A DNA stretch of 64,000 nucleotides from Guillardia theta CCMP2712 (Eukaryota > Protista > Cryptophyta): contig NW_005434661.1 of the NCBI RefSeq assembly GCF_000315625.1, positions 768,345 through 832,344 on the forward strand, read 5' to 3'. A program made the position numbers and the translations under genes. Positions 23,323 to 36,651 of the stretch are shown here, in pieces. Below the pieces are notes generated by a model, which was not told the origin of the DNA, did not search any database, and saw only the letters and a list, made by a program, of their open reading frames with translations. Positions within the stretch are counted from its first letter, which is position 1; every line of letters begins with the position of its first letter.

Positions 23323-24438
23323 GCTTGGGTTTATTAAAATCGGCGAGCACTGATTTGCCTGAATCCCTCAGCTCCACCCTGTTCATTGCCCGGTCATTAC
23401 CGTGGGAAATCTCCCGCCAAGACAGTTTCAAGAAAAGAATGCAAACAAAAGGGCAAGCTCAGCAGAAGATACCAATCCTTGAAAAGACATGAATATGTTT
23501 CTTCTCCTCCTCAACCTCCTAGTACGCTAACTTATACCTCTTGCACATATCCAGCTCAGATTTGTGGTCAAAGAAAAAGAAACCCTCCTTCTGGACTGAA
23601 AGCAACATGTAGAGGGGAAACGTTTCGATCAACGAGCTGTCTATCTGCCATGACATATGCAGGTGGTGGTAGGGGGGGGGGGGGGGGGGTAGGTGGATGA
23701 CGAGTCAAAACTGATCGTTTGAAATCAGATGGAAAGGAAGCCTAGGTAGTATGATAGCCTCTAAATACTGGGATACTTCTTATGAAATATCGACCCTTGA
23801 CGCGAGCTGCACATGGTCATTTCAGCTTTATATACATGTACCCACCCCTGCTCTGTACCCGAGCTTCAAAATTTCATAGCAGCGAGCTAGGAACCGGGGT
23901 TTATTAGACCGAGGGTATAGACTCTGGGGGTGGGTGGGTGATATGACCCCGCCTCAGAGATTTACAATATAGTTTTATTCAAAATTATGATTCATAAGAC
24001 ATTATTGCTGCTTCAAGAATGTTGAAAGTTTTGAAGTTTAAAGTTTATTGAGTTCACTCTACAAGAGAGTTCTGATCTATTGAGGTTCATAAGAAAGAGT
24101 TTTGTCGGCATCTATCTCACCGAAGATGCACAACTCGGGTCTCTCTTCTCCTTGGGCACTGATTTCCGTACTGCAAGTGAAGGGACCCATGACTGGACGC
24201 TGCTAGCAGGCTCTGATCGCCCCGCCCGGGGGGCTGGGGGGGCCGGCAGCCTTGCCAAAGGCAGTCACTGAGACTCCGGGACCGTACGCCGCCTAACTGT
24301 TCAAGCCGGGTTCCGAGTTCAAACTTACCACAAAGACTTTGATGAGTGAAACATTAGTAGGAGAATGAAAAATAACTTAACTCCTTGTTGCCTTGCCCAA
24401 TGCTGCGGCTGGTTGACAGTGCAGGCGTTCGGCGCTCC

Positions 24439-26070
24439 ATGCGCGCCATGCACGCGATGCCCTCCTTGCCCATCTCATCGTTCCTGCCTTGCCAACGTCT
24501 CTGCTACTCTAAAGGAAGCAGCAGGAGGATCGGCACCACCGGTAAGTGAGACTCAGGGGACATGCCAAGGTCCCTCAAGTGCCGGGGGGGAGGGATCGGG
24601 AGTTTTGGAGCAGGGGCTGACTATAAAATCCCTTGCTATCAGGAGAAATGACCGGAAGAGGATTGATGTGCCGTGTTAGCTGCAGCAAGAGCGATCTTCT
24701 GACGAACCGCTACTTCAGACCCTTCAGCTCCCGAGGTGAGGACATGAAAGCTTGGGCTGGTACTCACTCAATTTGAACAAGCTGGCGGGAGGACAACAGC
24801 ACGTCGTGTCTGAACAGATACAGTAAACGCATCACCCAGGAGTTGTCTCAAGGAGCATCTCAAGCCATGTTGTATGCTACCGGCATGAAGGAGGAGGACA
24901 TGAGCAAGGCTCAAGTCGGCATCGCCAGCGTGTGGTGGGAAGGAAACCCCTGCAACATGCACTTGCTGGACCTCGCGGCGGCGGTGAAGGTTGGAGTGCA
25001 CGAGGCGGGCATGCAGGGGATGCGATTCAACACCATAGGAGTGTCGGACGCCATCTCGATGGGCACAGACGGCATGTCCTACTCCCTCCAGTCTCGGGAC
25101 ATCATCGCCGACTCGATCGAGACCGTCATGGGAGCACATTTCTACGACGCCAACATCTCAATCCCTGGTTGCGACAAGAACATGCCTGGTCCCTCAGCTC
25201 TCCCCCTCTTTGCCCTGCTGACTGTTGGTATCGAAGGAACGATCATCGCCATGGCAAGGCTCGATCGCCCGTCGCTCATGGTACGATCTGACCTGCATGA
25301 CTGCCGCTGGTCAGCCGATGGCTGATGAACGTCTCCTCGCAGCTGTACGGAGGAACCATCCGAGCCGGAGGAGCTCCTTCCATCGGTCGGCCAGTGCTGG
25401 ACGTGATCGCAGCATACGAGTCTTATGGGGAGTTGGCGTACGGAAAGATCAACTTGGAGGAGAGGAACAAGATCGTCCAGAGCTGCTGTCCTGGACCTGG
25501 AGCATGCGGAGGCATGTACACGGCGAACACGATGGCAACAGCGATAGAGGCGATGGGAATGTCGCTGCCTTACTCTTCCTCATCACCAGCTGACTCGGAG
25601 GAGAAGATGAAGGAGTGCAGGTGAGGGAGGAGGAGTGAGGAGGAGCGAAAATGGTAGAGTGGAAGGGAGACGGAAGGGATGGTGAAATAGAAAGCGGGAA
25701 TGGAAACATCGAAAGGGAATGGAGGGAGACAGGAGTCAATGGAGGAAAGAGAGCGAGGGGATATGAGTGTGCGAGGATGGAGAGGAGAGAGAAGGGAGGA
25801 GCATGAAGAAGGAGGAGGAGGAGGGTGGAGAGAGAAGCCGATGGGTCGTAACGTTAATCACATCAGAGATGCGGGAAAGGCAATCCGAACATTGTTGGAG
25901 AAAGACATCAAGCCGTCGATGATCATGACTGAAGCTGCTTTCCGCAACGCCATGGTAGTGAGGCAGGAAGGGAGGCAGGAGGCAGGAGGCAGGAGGCAGG
26001 AGGCAGGAGGCAGGAGGCAGGAGGCAGGAGGCAGGAGGCAGGAGGCAGGGAGGCATGCATGCCGGAGGGG

Positions 26071-26103
<33 letters not shown>

Positions 26104-27366
26104 AATGGGTCAGGAAGTGAGGCTCGAGCATGGCAAGGATGTGAAGATGGAGCAGGTGATGGTGATGGTGACGGGAGGGAGCACGAACGCTGTGCTGCAT
26201 CTCATCGCAATGGCACGCGCAGTGGGGGTGAAGCTGACCATCGATGACTTCCAGAAGGTGATGGAGGAGAGGAGGGGGGGGATGGGGAAGGAAGTTGAAA
26301 GGAGGAACAGGAAGGAGGAAGGAAGGAGGGGAGGGAACAGGGACGAGGAACGATGATGGAAAGAGGCCAAGGCAGGGAGAGGAAGGGAGTGGACGGAGGG
26401 GATTAAAGAGAAAGAAGCGGAGGAGAGAGGAGGGAGCATGATACGTTTCAAGGTGAGCGATTCGACACCCTTCCTTGCGGACATGAAGCCGTCGGGGAAG
26501 CATGTGATGGAGGACCTGCACAAGGTGGGAGGGACGCCGGCGCTGATGAAGTACCTGGTGGAGAAGGTAGACACCTGCTTCCTCCTCCTCCTCCTCCTCC
26601 TCCTCCTCCTCCTCCTCCCACGTGTGACGGGGGATCGCAGCACCTCATCGATGACAGCCAGCTCACGGTGACGGGGAAGAGCATCGGAGAGAACCTGCAC
26701 GGGCTCCCCTCCCTCCTCAAGGACCAGAAGGTGATCTTTCCAGTCGAGCAGCCGATCAAGAAGTCCGGACATCTCCAGATCCTCTACGGCAACATCGCAC
26801 CGGAGGGGGCAGTAGCCAAGATCACAGGGAAGGAGGGGGAGATGTTCGAGGGGGAGGCCATCGTCTTCGACTCCGAAGAGGAGATGCTCTCCGCCCTCTC
26901 CCGCAAGGAGATCCGGCCCGGCATGGTGGTCGTGATCAGGTACGAGGGGCCCCAGGGAGGGCCTGGCATGCCGGAGATGCTGACTCCGACCTCCGCCATC
27001 ATCGGGGCCGGGCTGAGCAAGTCTGTCGCCCTGCTCACCGATGGAAGGTTCTCAGGAGCGACCCACGGCTTCTGCATCGGGCATGTGACACCGGAGGCCC
27101 AGCGGGGAGGAGCGATCGCGCTGATCAGGGACGGAGACAGGATCAGGATTGATGCTCGTCCCCAGAGGAGGTCCATCGACGTGCTCCTGTCCCCCGAGAT
27201 TCTGGAGGAGAGGAGGAAGGCGTGGAAAGCCCCTCCTCTCAAGGCGAGCAGAGGAACGCTGTACAAGTACATCAAGTGCGTATCGTCTGCGTCAACGGGT
27301 GAGGAGGAGGATGAGAGATGTGCTGGTGGTGACGAACGTCTTGCAGGCTGCATCACCGACGAATGA
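24439..27366 (+). CDS. ilvD: Dihydroxy-acid dehydratase, multi-exon
   Basis: [74 protein letters not shown] and [21 protein letters not shown]. Confidence 0.97.
25964..26101. repeat. (GGAGGCA)n and (GGCA)n microsatellites in an ilvD intron
   Basis: Read directly. Confidence 0.9.
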
Positions 27367-27500
27367 GAAGCTCAGAGGAGGAGGAGGAGGAGGAGAAGCA
27401 AGGAAGAGAGATGAGTGCAGATGGGATGGAGGAAACTTGTATCGATCAGACTGAGAGCAGATGGAGTCGTTGACATCAATGTCACATGATATGTTACACT

Positions 27501-30500
27501 TCAAGACATCAGATAATACAAACTGATCTGTACAAGCTGCTTCGTCACGTTCAATCGTCCTGGAAACCTCCTTCTCTGTCCCAGGCATAGAGCGGAGGGG
27601 GAGGAAGAACTCTCGAGGAAAGGAGCGAAGGGTTGTTCGTGGCGGTGAAGAGAAACTGAAACGGATGCGTCACTTGACATGGAGAGAGGGAAGAACAAGA
27701 ACAAGAACGACTAAGAGGAAGTTGAGGGTGGTGGAGGAAGGAATGGGGCACAGTATGGAACAAGAAGGTAGGGGACAGGGAGGGAGGGAGGGAGGGAGGG
27801 AGGGAGGGAGGGAGGGAGGGAGGGAGGGAGGGAGGGGAGGGAGGGAGGGAGGGAGGGAGGGAGGGAGGGGAGGGAGGGAGGGAGGCGGTTGGCGGGAGGG
27901 GTCGAGGGTCGTGAGAGGATGGAGAGAGCTGCTTCAACATCTCCGTTAGTCTGCTTGAGAGCGTCGGAAGCCTTTGAGGAGAGCAGCGAGTCAGTGCTGG
28001 GGGATGACGAGGAGGAGAACCTGATGAGGGTCGCAGGAGGGAAAAGCCTCGATAAGTCTCATCACCTTGTACTCGAGCTGAACGAGCTTGTTAGCGATGT
28101 GAAGAAAACCCCTCCTCTCCTCTCCTCTCCTCTCTTTCCCCTCCCTCCCTCCCTCTCCTCCCTCATTCCCATCCTCTTGCTCACAAGAGAACAGCTGTTC
28201 TTCCCATAGAGATGCATTTCTGTCTCCACAAGCTGCCAAAGCTGTGAGTTTCCCCCTTCCTCCTCCCCATCCTCTCACTCACTTGACTCCAGAAGTTGAA
28301 GTTCGGCGCGATGCATCCTCGTTGAGCCTGCACTTGTCTCACTAACTCCTTGTGCTCGTCCTCCCCCTCNNNNNNNNNNNNNNNNNNNNNNNNNNNNNNN
28401 NNNNNNNNNNNNNNNNNNNNNNNNNNNNNNNNNNNNNNNNNNNNNNNNNNNNNNNNNNNNNNNNNNNNNGAGGGAGAGAGGGAGGGAGGGAGGTGATCTT
28501 GCCTGCCATCGATTTCTCTGAACGATTGCTATCTTCTTTCGCTCCCTCGCGGCTTTTCCTTCAGTGGACTGATCCTGCAAGGCAAAGAGAGGTGAGCGCA
28601 AGAGAAGGAAAGCAAAGAGAGGGAGGAAGAATGAAAGATGGAGGCTTGCAGGAAGCTGAAGGGTGAGAGGAGGGAGTGAGCTAGAAGGGAAGCAGGAGGC
28701 AGTCGTAGCCAGAGAGGAAGGGCAGGAAGGGGAAGGGGAGGATGGACTTCGAGGCTCCTACCGCCTCCGAGATCTGCTTGAGCTCCCTCCGGCGGTACAG
28801 CGCGTTGGAGAGGTTGTAGGCCATGACGGAGGTGACGGGGGCGTTGTAGAAGAAGTCGAGGTAGAGCATCGCCATGAAGGCAGCATGCCCGGGATCGAAG
28901 TTGGCGAGGGAGCCCTCGAGCACCGGGATGTCGAGCCTGCAGAAGTTGATGGCGAAGTCAGCGTATGTGAAGAGGACGCGGAGGACGGCGAGAGCGGGTC
29001 CAGTGAGGAAGTGGAGGTAGAGGCCGATGAAGTCGTAGACGCCATAGATCCTTCTCGAACGGATGTAGATGCCGCTCACTGCTATGCTGTTGACCCAGGC
29101 CCGCAGTCCCCAGCAGCCGAGCTCGATCAGAGCCAGCCCCCCAAGAGGGAGGAAGACGAAGAAGACAAAGAAGCGCTGGGTGGGCTGCCACAGGAGGAAG
29201 GAGACGAGGAAGAAGACGGGAATGAAAACCAGCATGGCCGACACGAGGCTGGACCAGAGCTGCCTCCCCACGTAGCCAGAAGCGTCATGGATGGGGAAGT
29301 GCCAGACGCGGATGAGGGTATGGTCAGCCCTCAGCTGCATCATCATCCGCCGGTAGGAGCGAAAGATCTGCAGCCATGCCCATAGGAAGGAGGCGATGAT
29401 GGCTAGCTGACCTGCCGAGGTCCCCGTGAGCATGGAGGAGAGGAGCTGCTCGAAGAACGCGGGCCCGTCTCCGTAGATCGACTCCATTACCGTGTAAGAG
29501 AGCGCGACGATGTCGTACCTGTTGGAGTAGGGGGCGGTAGGATAGGCCGCCATGCTGGAGGAGGAGGAGACGGAGGTCTGGTAGTTCCCCAGCGCCTCAC
29601 GGTACCTCACGACCTCTGCTCGCAGTCTCTCGAGCCCGAACACGACCCTGTTGGTCAGCGACTGTAGGGCAACCAGGAGAACGAAGACGGCGCAGGCTGA
29701 CATCCCGAAGCCCTGGAGGAGGCGGACGGGGTAGTTGAAGCCCGTCTCGAAGCTTCCTCCTCTTCCTCCTCCTTCCCCGACCAGCCGGTCCACGAGTTCC
29801 TTCCCGTAGTCTGCGAGGATGCCGAGGAGCCCCCAGAAGCCCTCCAACTCCACCACCTCCCTCTTGACCTCCTTCTCGTCCTGGATCCGAACTTTCTTCT
29901 GCCGCGCCATCGCCTCCTCCGTTGACGCCTTGCGAGCAAGGACGATCTCGCGGTCCTTGGCGTTCTCTTTCCTCAAGATCTCCCTCCTCTTTTGCAGCCC
30001 GGTGGCCTCAGCCTGCGCCTTCCCGTCCTCGTTGCTGCCCAGGTTGTGTCCGTGCACCATGGGGCCATGGGAGGAGGAGGACGCTCTGGTGACCTCCTCC
30101 TCCTTGGGGTGAACTCTGTTCTTCTTCCTCCGCATGCTCCAAGTCCTCTTCACCTTCTTCTCCCTGGCCTCAGGGCTGACCAGCAGGTTTCTGAAGGCAG
30201 TCAGGTAGCGTTTCTGCCTGTACGTGAAGTACTGCAGGCTGTCAGTCTGAACCACCAGCCGAAGGAGGATGATGGTGATGGCGAAAGTGTTGATCACCAT
30301 GAGCCCTCCGCACAGGACGATCTCCTGCTGCACCTGAAGCAACAGTGAGCAGCGGCAGACTGGTAGGACGCTCCTCCTCTTACCTTGGAAGGAGACCCAT
30401 AGGAGGCGATCACAGCACGGAAGTACAAGGCAGAAACGATGGCGAAGACTATGCAGCCGAGGAGGGAGAGTTGAATCCAGACCCGACTTCTGTCCACGAT

Positions 30501-33500
30501 GTTGGCGTTGAGGAGGAGGATCATCCCTCCCAGCCCGAGCATCAGCACGAGCCGGTACGAGAGCAGCTCAGATGCAGCTGGGATTGCAAGGTTGCTGGCG
30601 TACAGGGGCTGCGCCTGGCTGGCCACGTACCCGTCAGAGGCGAAGAAGACGTAGTAGAAGCCTGTCTCAGCTGTTGTGAAGAAGTTGACCCCAGCAAAGA
30701 GCGTGTAGCCCCTGTCGCATGCTCCATCCTCGCACACCCACGACGGAGGCTGCGTCAGGTTCCAGTCTACAAACTCCTCGCACCCGCTAGTGGTGTTGGG
30801 AGGGAACACTAGGGTTCCTGGCTCCACCCAGTCCTGCCCGCACGTCACGATGTGCAGCGAAACCTCTGAGCTCCTTCGCAGTGCGTTGCCGCTGCTGTCG
30901 AGGACGCGGACCTGAGCTGAGGTGATGGTGGGCTGGGAGCCGACGACCCCGGTGATGGTGTAGACGGAGGGGAGGGAGACGAAGCTGCTGCCCAGGTTGA
31001 AGTCGTAGGGACCGAGCGAGCGCTTGGGGACGGAGAGTCCAGGAGCCGTTCCGACGAGAGGGACGGAGATGTTGATCGAGGCGACGAGGTTGGTCACAAG
31101 GAAAGGATCTGAATCGTCGCTGAACGTGCCCCCGTTGCGGAAGCGGATGCGATAACGACCAGGCTGGGCCCTTCCCAGCACCACCAGCACGTCAGCGACG
31201 CCGTTGGTGTCGGTGACGTCGGTGGAGGCGTTGAGGGAGAAGCCGGTGGTGGTGAGGAGGATGAGTCGGGTGGTGTAGACGGTAGTTATCAGCACCTGAT
31301 CCTTGAACAGGTAGGAGCTCTGGGGGGAGGGGCCGCCACTGACCGTCTTGAACTGTAGGGGCCCGCAGTAGCTCGCGTCCTCAGCTGTACACTCCACTGC
31401 GATCTCCGCCTCTACCGTCACGCCCTCCAGCGGCTGCCCGTTGGCCAGCCTGGCCTGCACGCGCACTAGGAACTCCTGCCCCTGCCCAACCACCTGCGGT
31501 ATCCTGCTGATGATGCTGAGGAGGAAGGGCTTCTCCGATACGCCGAAGGGAGGAGAGAGCAAGTAACCTTGCCCCTCCGGCAGCCACAGCGAGCTGTTGT
31601 CCAGCAGAGTTTCTACGTCCCTGGTCACCCCCTCACCCCCAATCGCGAACGAGTACCACCCGAAACGCAAGGTTCTCGACATACCAAGGATAGAGGAGGA
31701 AGCGAGGAGCGGGGAGCCCGTGCTGGCTGCCCGAGCATACCCCAGCTGAAGGCCCTGTAGGGTGACGTTGACAACCTCCGTGTCTCCTGCTCCTGGTTGC
31801 GTCCCGACGGCAAGTCCCGCCATCTGGACGGTGAGCACAGGAGGTCGCCATGCGCTCGGGTAGAGGAAGGCGGTATTGCCGCTCCAGCGCTGGATGCGCA
31901 CAGAGACGGCTGCCAGGATCTCTTCACCCCCTCCTCCTCCCGCACCCAGCGCAGTCTTGTTCCACAGGAGCATGTCGGCCCTGCCGGGGAGGAGGTTGAA
32001 GGGGGGAGTGGAGTAGGAGATGTAGACTTGGTCCATGACGGTGAACTCAGACGTCAGGATGTGGAGCTTGGAGGTCTGGCTGGCAGCAGACTGCCAGGAA
32101 GGGCCGAACAGGAAGACCTGGAAGCGATAGGTGCCCGGCCTCGCTGCTGACAGCGACAGGCTCGGCACGTGCGCGTAAGTCTCACCATCCGAGTGCAACG
32201 CGGACTGTAGGGAGACGATGCCTGACAGCTGCCCAGCGTTGGCCGAGCACTGGGATACGCACTCGAGGAGCAGGTAGACCTGCGCCCCCTCCACCGCCTT
32301 CCCGCTCTGGTCGAGGAGGGAGAACCTGAGGTCCTGCGGGTGGACTTGCCCGATGTTGGAGACGTTCTTGGCGTCGCAGTCCCACACACAGGGGATGGGA
32401 GTGAAGTCGCTGTAGAACGCGTTGCGATCCCTGAGCTGGGCCATGGCACTGACCTTGCTGTACCTCATCCGCAGAAAGACTCTCCTCCGCAGGTTGAACG
32501 CGTTCAGCTCCAGCACGTACACGCCTGCTAGGGTTGTGTGCAGGCTGATCAAGAGCTCGCTGGTGCTCACGGACATGCTGTAGTCCATGCTCACCGCCTC
32601 CTCCGACCGGCTGTTCCACAAGTGAGACATCCGCACCTCGAGGCCGTGGAAGGGCACGAGGGCGTCAAGGTCGTCGTAGCAGGAGACAGGGATGGAGAAG
32701 TTGATGCTGCGACTTTGCGACGAGAAGTCGGACGGGTCGAGGAGGAGGGAGGGCTGCCCGTTGACGGTGGCGGACTGAACGAGGGGGGTGGGGCCTGTGA
32801 CGATGCGGGCGATGGGGTTGCGTACAAGGGAGGAGCGGACGGAGCTCGCACAGGCGGGGGCCCAGGCCGAGTATCCCCTCAAGCACGAGATATGCTCGTT
32901 CGAGAAAGCGTTGAGCGCGACGAACCTCCACAGCGTGCGGGTAGAGTTGTCAGTCGAGGAGGAGTTGATGAAGAGGTTGGTGAAGGTGACGTCACCAGTG
33001 CTCTCTGTGAAGTTGCAGGCCCTGGGGAAGCTGGCCTCCTGTATGTCCATCAGGCCCAGGGAGGCTTGCGTGCTGTTCTTCAGCCCCGGCACCACCGAGT
33101 CGTCTACGAACGCCTGCAGGCTCGTTGCAGCCTCCAAATACTTGGCTGTCCCATAGATGAAACAGACCAGCCGCCCTGACAGACCTTCTCCCCTTGCGTC
33201 AACGATCCTTGCTGCTGGGAAGGGCTTCAGAACCTCTCCTGCCTGCACGATGTCGGGGACTCCAACGACTGTCCTGATGAAGGCGCAGGCGCGCAAGGCT
33301 GAGCAAGCGGCCTCAGCCTCTAGCACCATGCTCGATGCCTGCACTTGAATTCCCGTGGGATAGAGCGTGTCGTCTATCCTCAAGCATGGCTGCAGGGAGC
33401 TGATGGAGGGAGGAACGACGAGGAGCTGGAAGGAGGCGAGGGAGGCGGAGCCATACTTGCCGGAGCCAGCGACAAATTTGGAGCTGGTCACGACGGGGTT

Positions 33501-36277
33501 CATGTCGACGCTGTAGCTCGACCACAAGGACACGTTGACTCCCCAGGGGACCATCTGGAGCTCGACGAATTTGCCAGGCACGAAGGCGTTGGAGGAAGAG
33601 CCATGCACGAGGATCCACAGCAGCGACTGGCCCAGCTCTAGCGACGTATACACCGTCATGGCAACAAGACCCTGACACGGCGAGGAGGGCGGGACGAGCT
33701 TGTCCCCGAAGAAATGCCCGAAGGAGCACTGGCCCCCGGCATGGCGGCAGACGGGCTGGTAGGAGGGGCCGCACAAGGAAGGGGAGGCTCCGACAGTCAC
33801 GAGCCCGACTGAGCTTGTCACGTTGATCTGCCTGGACGCTACTGGCCGACCGAAGAGGTAGAAGATTACCTCGTACTCCCCAGCAGCCCCGAAGGTGGAG
33901 AAACGGAAGGTGCCCGCCGCTCTCCCGCTCCCCGCACTCCCCAGCAGGACCACAGCAGGGCTGCCCAGCAGGATCTTGAACCTAGAGTCTATCTCGTTCA
34001 TCCTCACTGGAGTTCGCATCTCCCCGAAGGCGATGGAGGAAGGACCCTCTAGGTAGAGCTCAGCTGTCTGCACAGCGGAGGGGAGAGGTCGGACGCGGGG
34101 CACTAGCGCAGCTCCATCGAGCGAGCTGGGATGCTGGAACTTGACCTCGAACTGCTCGCCTTCTACTGCCCGGTCCGGCCACGAGAGGATGGAAACAGAG
34201 GAAGGGGAGCTCGCCGCCAGTGGTGCTGGGAGGTGGAGGAAGGCGACGGTAGCAAGCGCGCCGAAGCCATCGGAGCTTGCCGCCCGCTCGCTCACATTGA
34301 ATGCTGGTTGGAGCTGCACCTGAGACCACACGAAAACTTCCCCGTGACAGACAAACGCGAGGAGCAGCAGGGGTTGATCGTAGCCCAATACGGAGAGGTT
34401 TGGGAAGCTGACGAAACCATCAGTGCTTGCCTGTAAGCGTCAAGTCAGCGCGAGACAGCTTGAAATCTCGATCGAGCAGAACAACGACACAGGCAGCCGA
34501 GGACATCACTTTGAACAGCGAAGATGAGAGAGAAAACATCTCGCACAAACGGAAAAGGCTGTGAGAGCGAGATGGGGGAGGGAGGGGAGGGGAGGGAGGG
34601 GAGGGGAGGGAGGGAGGGAGGGAATGCAGATCACCTGAGCTGTGTTTCCTGACAGGACAACAGAACCCAAAGACCATTGCTCCATCTCCTCAGCATCCAG
34701 TGCAATCGTCTCCTCTAGACTTCCGTTCAGATCGTAACGGAAGTCCAACCCGACAGCGTGAACGGTGACATTCAGATCGATCCCAGGGACTCCCCTACTC
34801 GGCAGCGAACCAATCCCAGCAAAGCCTCCACCTGCGATCACTCGAAGAGCTGGAGGAGAGCTCGAGAGCTTCATCGGAACCTCCCGGTTGTCAAACTGGA
34901 TATCTGTGCCTGACTCGCGACCCGGGGAAGCGAGGGGATCGGCTTCGATGGAGGAGATGGCAGGCTGCGGGGTGGAGGGAGAGGAGGAGAGGAAGTGAGT
35001 TGGAGAAGCGAGTCAAGCAGGCTTTACCTTGACTGTCACCCACTCGGAAGCATTCAATGCCGACTCGGCCGTGTAGAACTCTAGACGATAAGCTCCCGGC
35101 AACGCTGTCAGGTCAATCAGAACATGACACGCGAAGGTACACGAGAGCTTCACCAGCGTCGAAAGCCAGACGCTTGAAGTCGGCCACTCCATCTCGGTCT
35201 GTAAGGACGGAACTTCCAACGAGACTCACTTGGCAAACCTGTTCCACATCGCTCTCATTCGCTGGCAAAGGCAACATGGGACAGGTTCACCGGCTGGTTG
35301 CTCGCCGCATGGGCGGTGCTGGACCACGTTGGGTCGCAGAAGGGAAGTCGAGATCGAACGACAGGACTCAGCCTGAAGTCAACCACGTGCACCGCAATCG
35401 TGATATCCCTCAACGGCCATCCGTTCCTGTTCAAGGCCTGTACCTTGAAGGACATGTTGGTCAACGGGTAGCAGTCAATGATCATCGGGTTGCCGCTTGC
35501 GAAGAGGGTCTTGAGCACTGGGCGCTTGTCGAGCTTCAGGACGGTTGAGGTATCCCAGACCCCTCTCAGCAGGACTGTAGAGAGCACAGAGATGATGCAG
35601 GTGAACGACAGGACTGAAAACCATCGGCTCCTCACTCGGTCTTCCACTGGGTCGAACCAGACCGGCGGCTCACGTAGGATCTTGAACGAGTCCTTGAGCT
35701 GGACGTCCTTCCCTCCTGCAGGGCTCGCGTCCCTCGAACGATCTTCCGACCATGTGACGCTTTGCTGTTCGTCTCCGTCCTTGTCTGCCCTTGACTTCAC
35801 CTCCCTCGTCCTCCTTGAGCTCGTAACGCTCACGTCGTCTCTTGCAGACACGCTGATGCTGTTCGACCTCCTCCCCGAGTCTGGAGGGCGTGAGGAATGC
35901 TCCTCGGCATCAAAGATGTGGTTGGCATCACTCAGGTCGTCCTTCAAGGTTGCTTCGGACTTGACCGACTGAACCTCGTAGTCGTCCTGGGCCTTCTTGG
36001 CAGAGAAGTAAGACAGGAGCTTCTTGAAGAAGCCTTGCTTGTTCGGCAACGGAGGTCGATCGAGCTGTTCACTTCCTCGCACAGGAGGGGTCTTGATCCG
36101 CAAGCCTTCCATCCCTACCGGTCTAAATCAGCCTGAAAGCGGCATGCTGCTTTGCAGGTCCGGTAAGAGAGAAGCGCCTCGGGTTCAAACCACAGCAAGC
36201 TCGTCCCTCCCACTTGCCGTCTCCTTCCTCGCCATCTCCTTCCTCGCCGTCTCCGCTCCTTCACCTCACCCTGCCAT
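27501..36277 (-). CDS. Very large STRA6/RBP-receptor-like polytopic membrane protein with a ~1700-aa predicted ectodomain and probably a C-terminal CUE-like domain (spans an assembly gap)
   Basis: C-terminal SRRIYGVYDFIGLYLHFLTG..RLDIPVL....FDPGHAAFMAMLYLDFFYNAPV and QRNRW resemble the STRA6 family. There is an N-terminal TM at ~35560-35625, a 1364-aa beta-rich ORF (30294-34388) with Ig/invasin-like segments, and LIEAFPSCDPHQ|ASDALKQTNGDVEAALSIL beyond the gap. Confidence 0.65.
28370..28469. other. Assembly gap (100 N)
   Basis: Run of N. Confidence 1.
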
Positions 36278-36651
36278 GGCCGTCGGAGGGGGGAAACCCA
36301 GCTAGAGGGGCGGTTGCATGGTAAAAGGGAAATGCCGATTTAAACCGCACTAGAATACCATGAATCGAATAGAACCGCTCTACACTCAAGGTTTCGCACA
36401 TGCGGTATATGCGGTGGGAGGCGAGAGTCAAGGGTGCTGAACATGGCGTCGGAGAGGATCAAGCGATGCCGGCATGTCCGTCATGAAGGTCACCAGCTCT
36501 CAATGAGGAGGATGCATGTCTCTTGCGGACCCCCCTCATGCTCTCATGGGAGGTAGCGATCAAGTAGTTGGCAGATCAAAACAAGGCGTGTGTGCCCTGT
36601 CTCCTGTTAGAGGCAGCCGTTGATCCGCCTTGAGGACGAAGGAGCGAGCTC

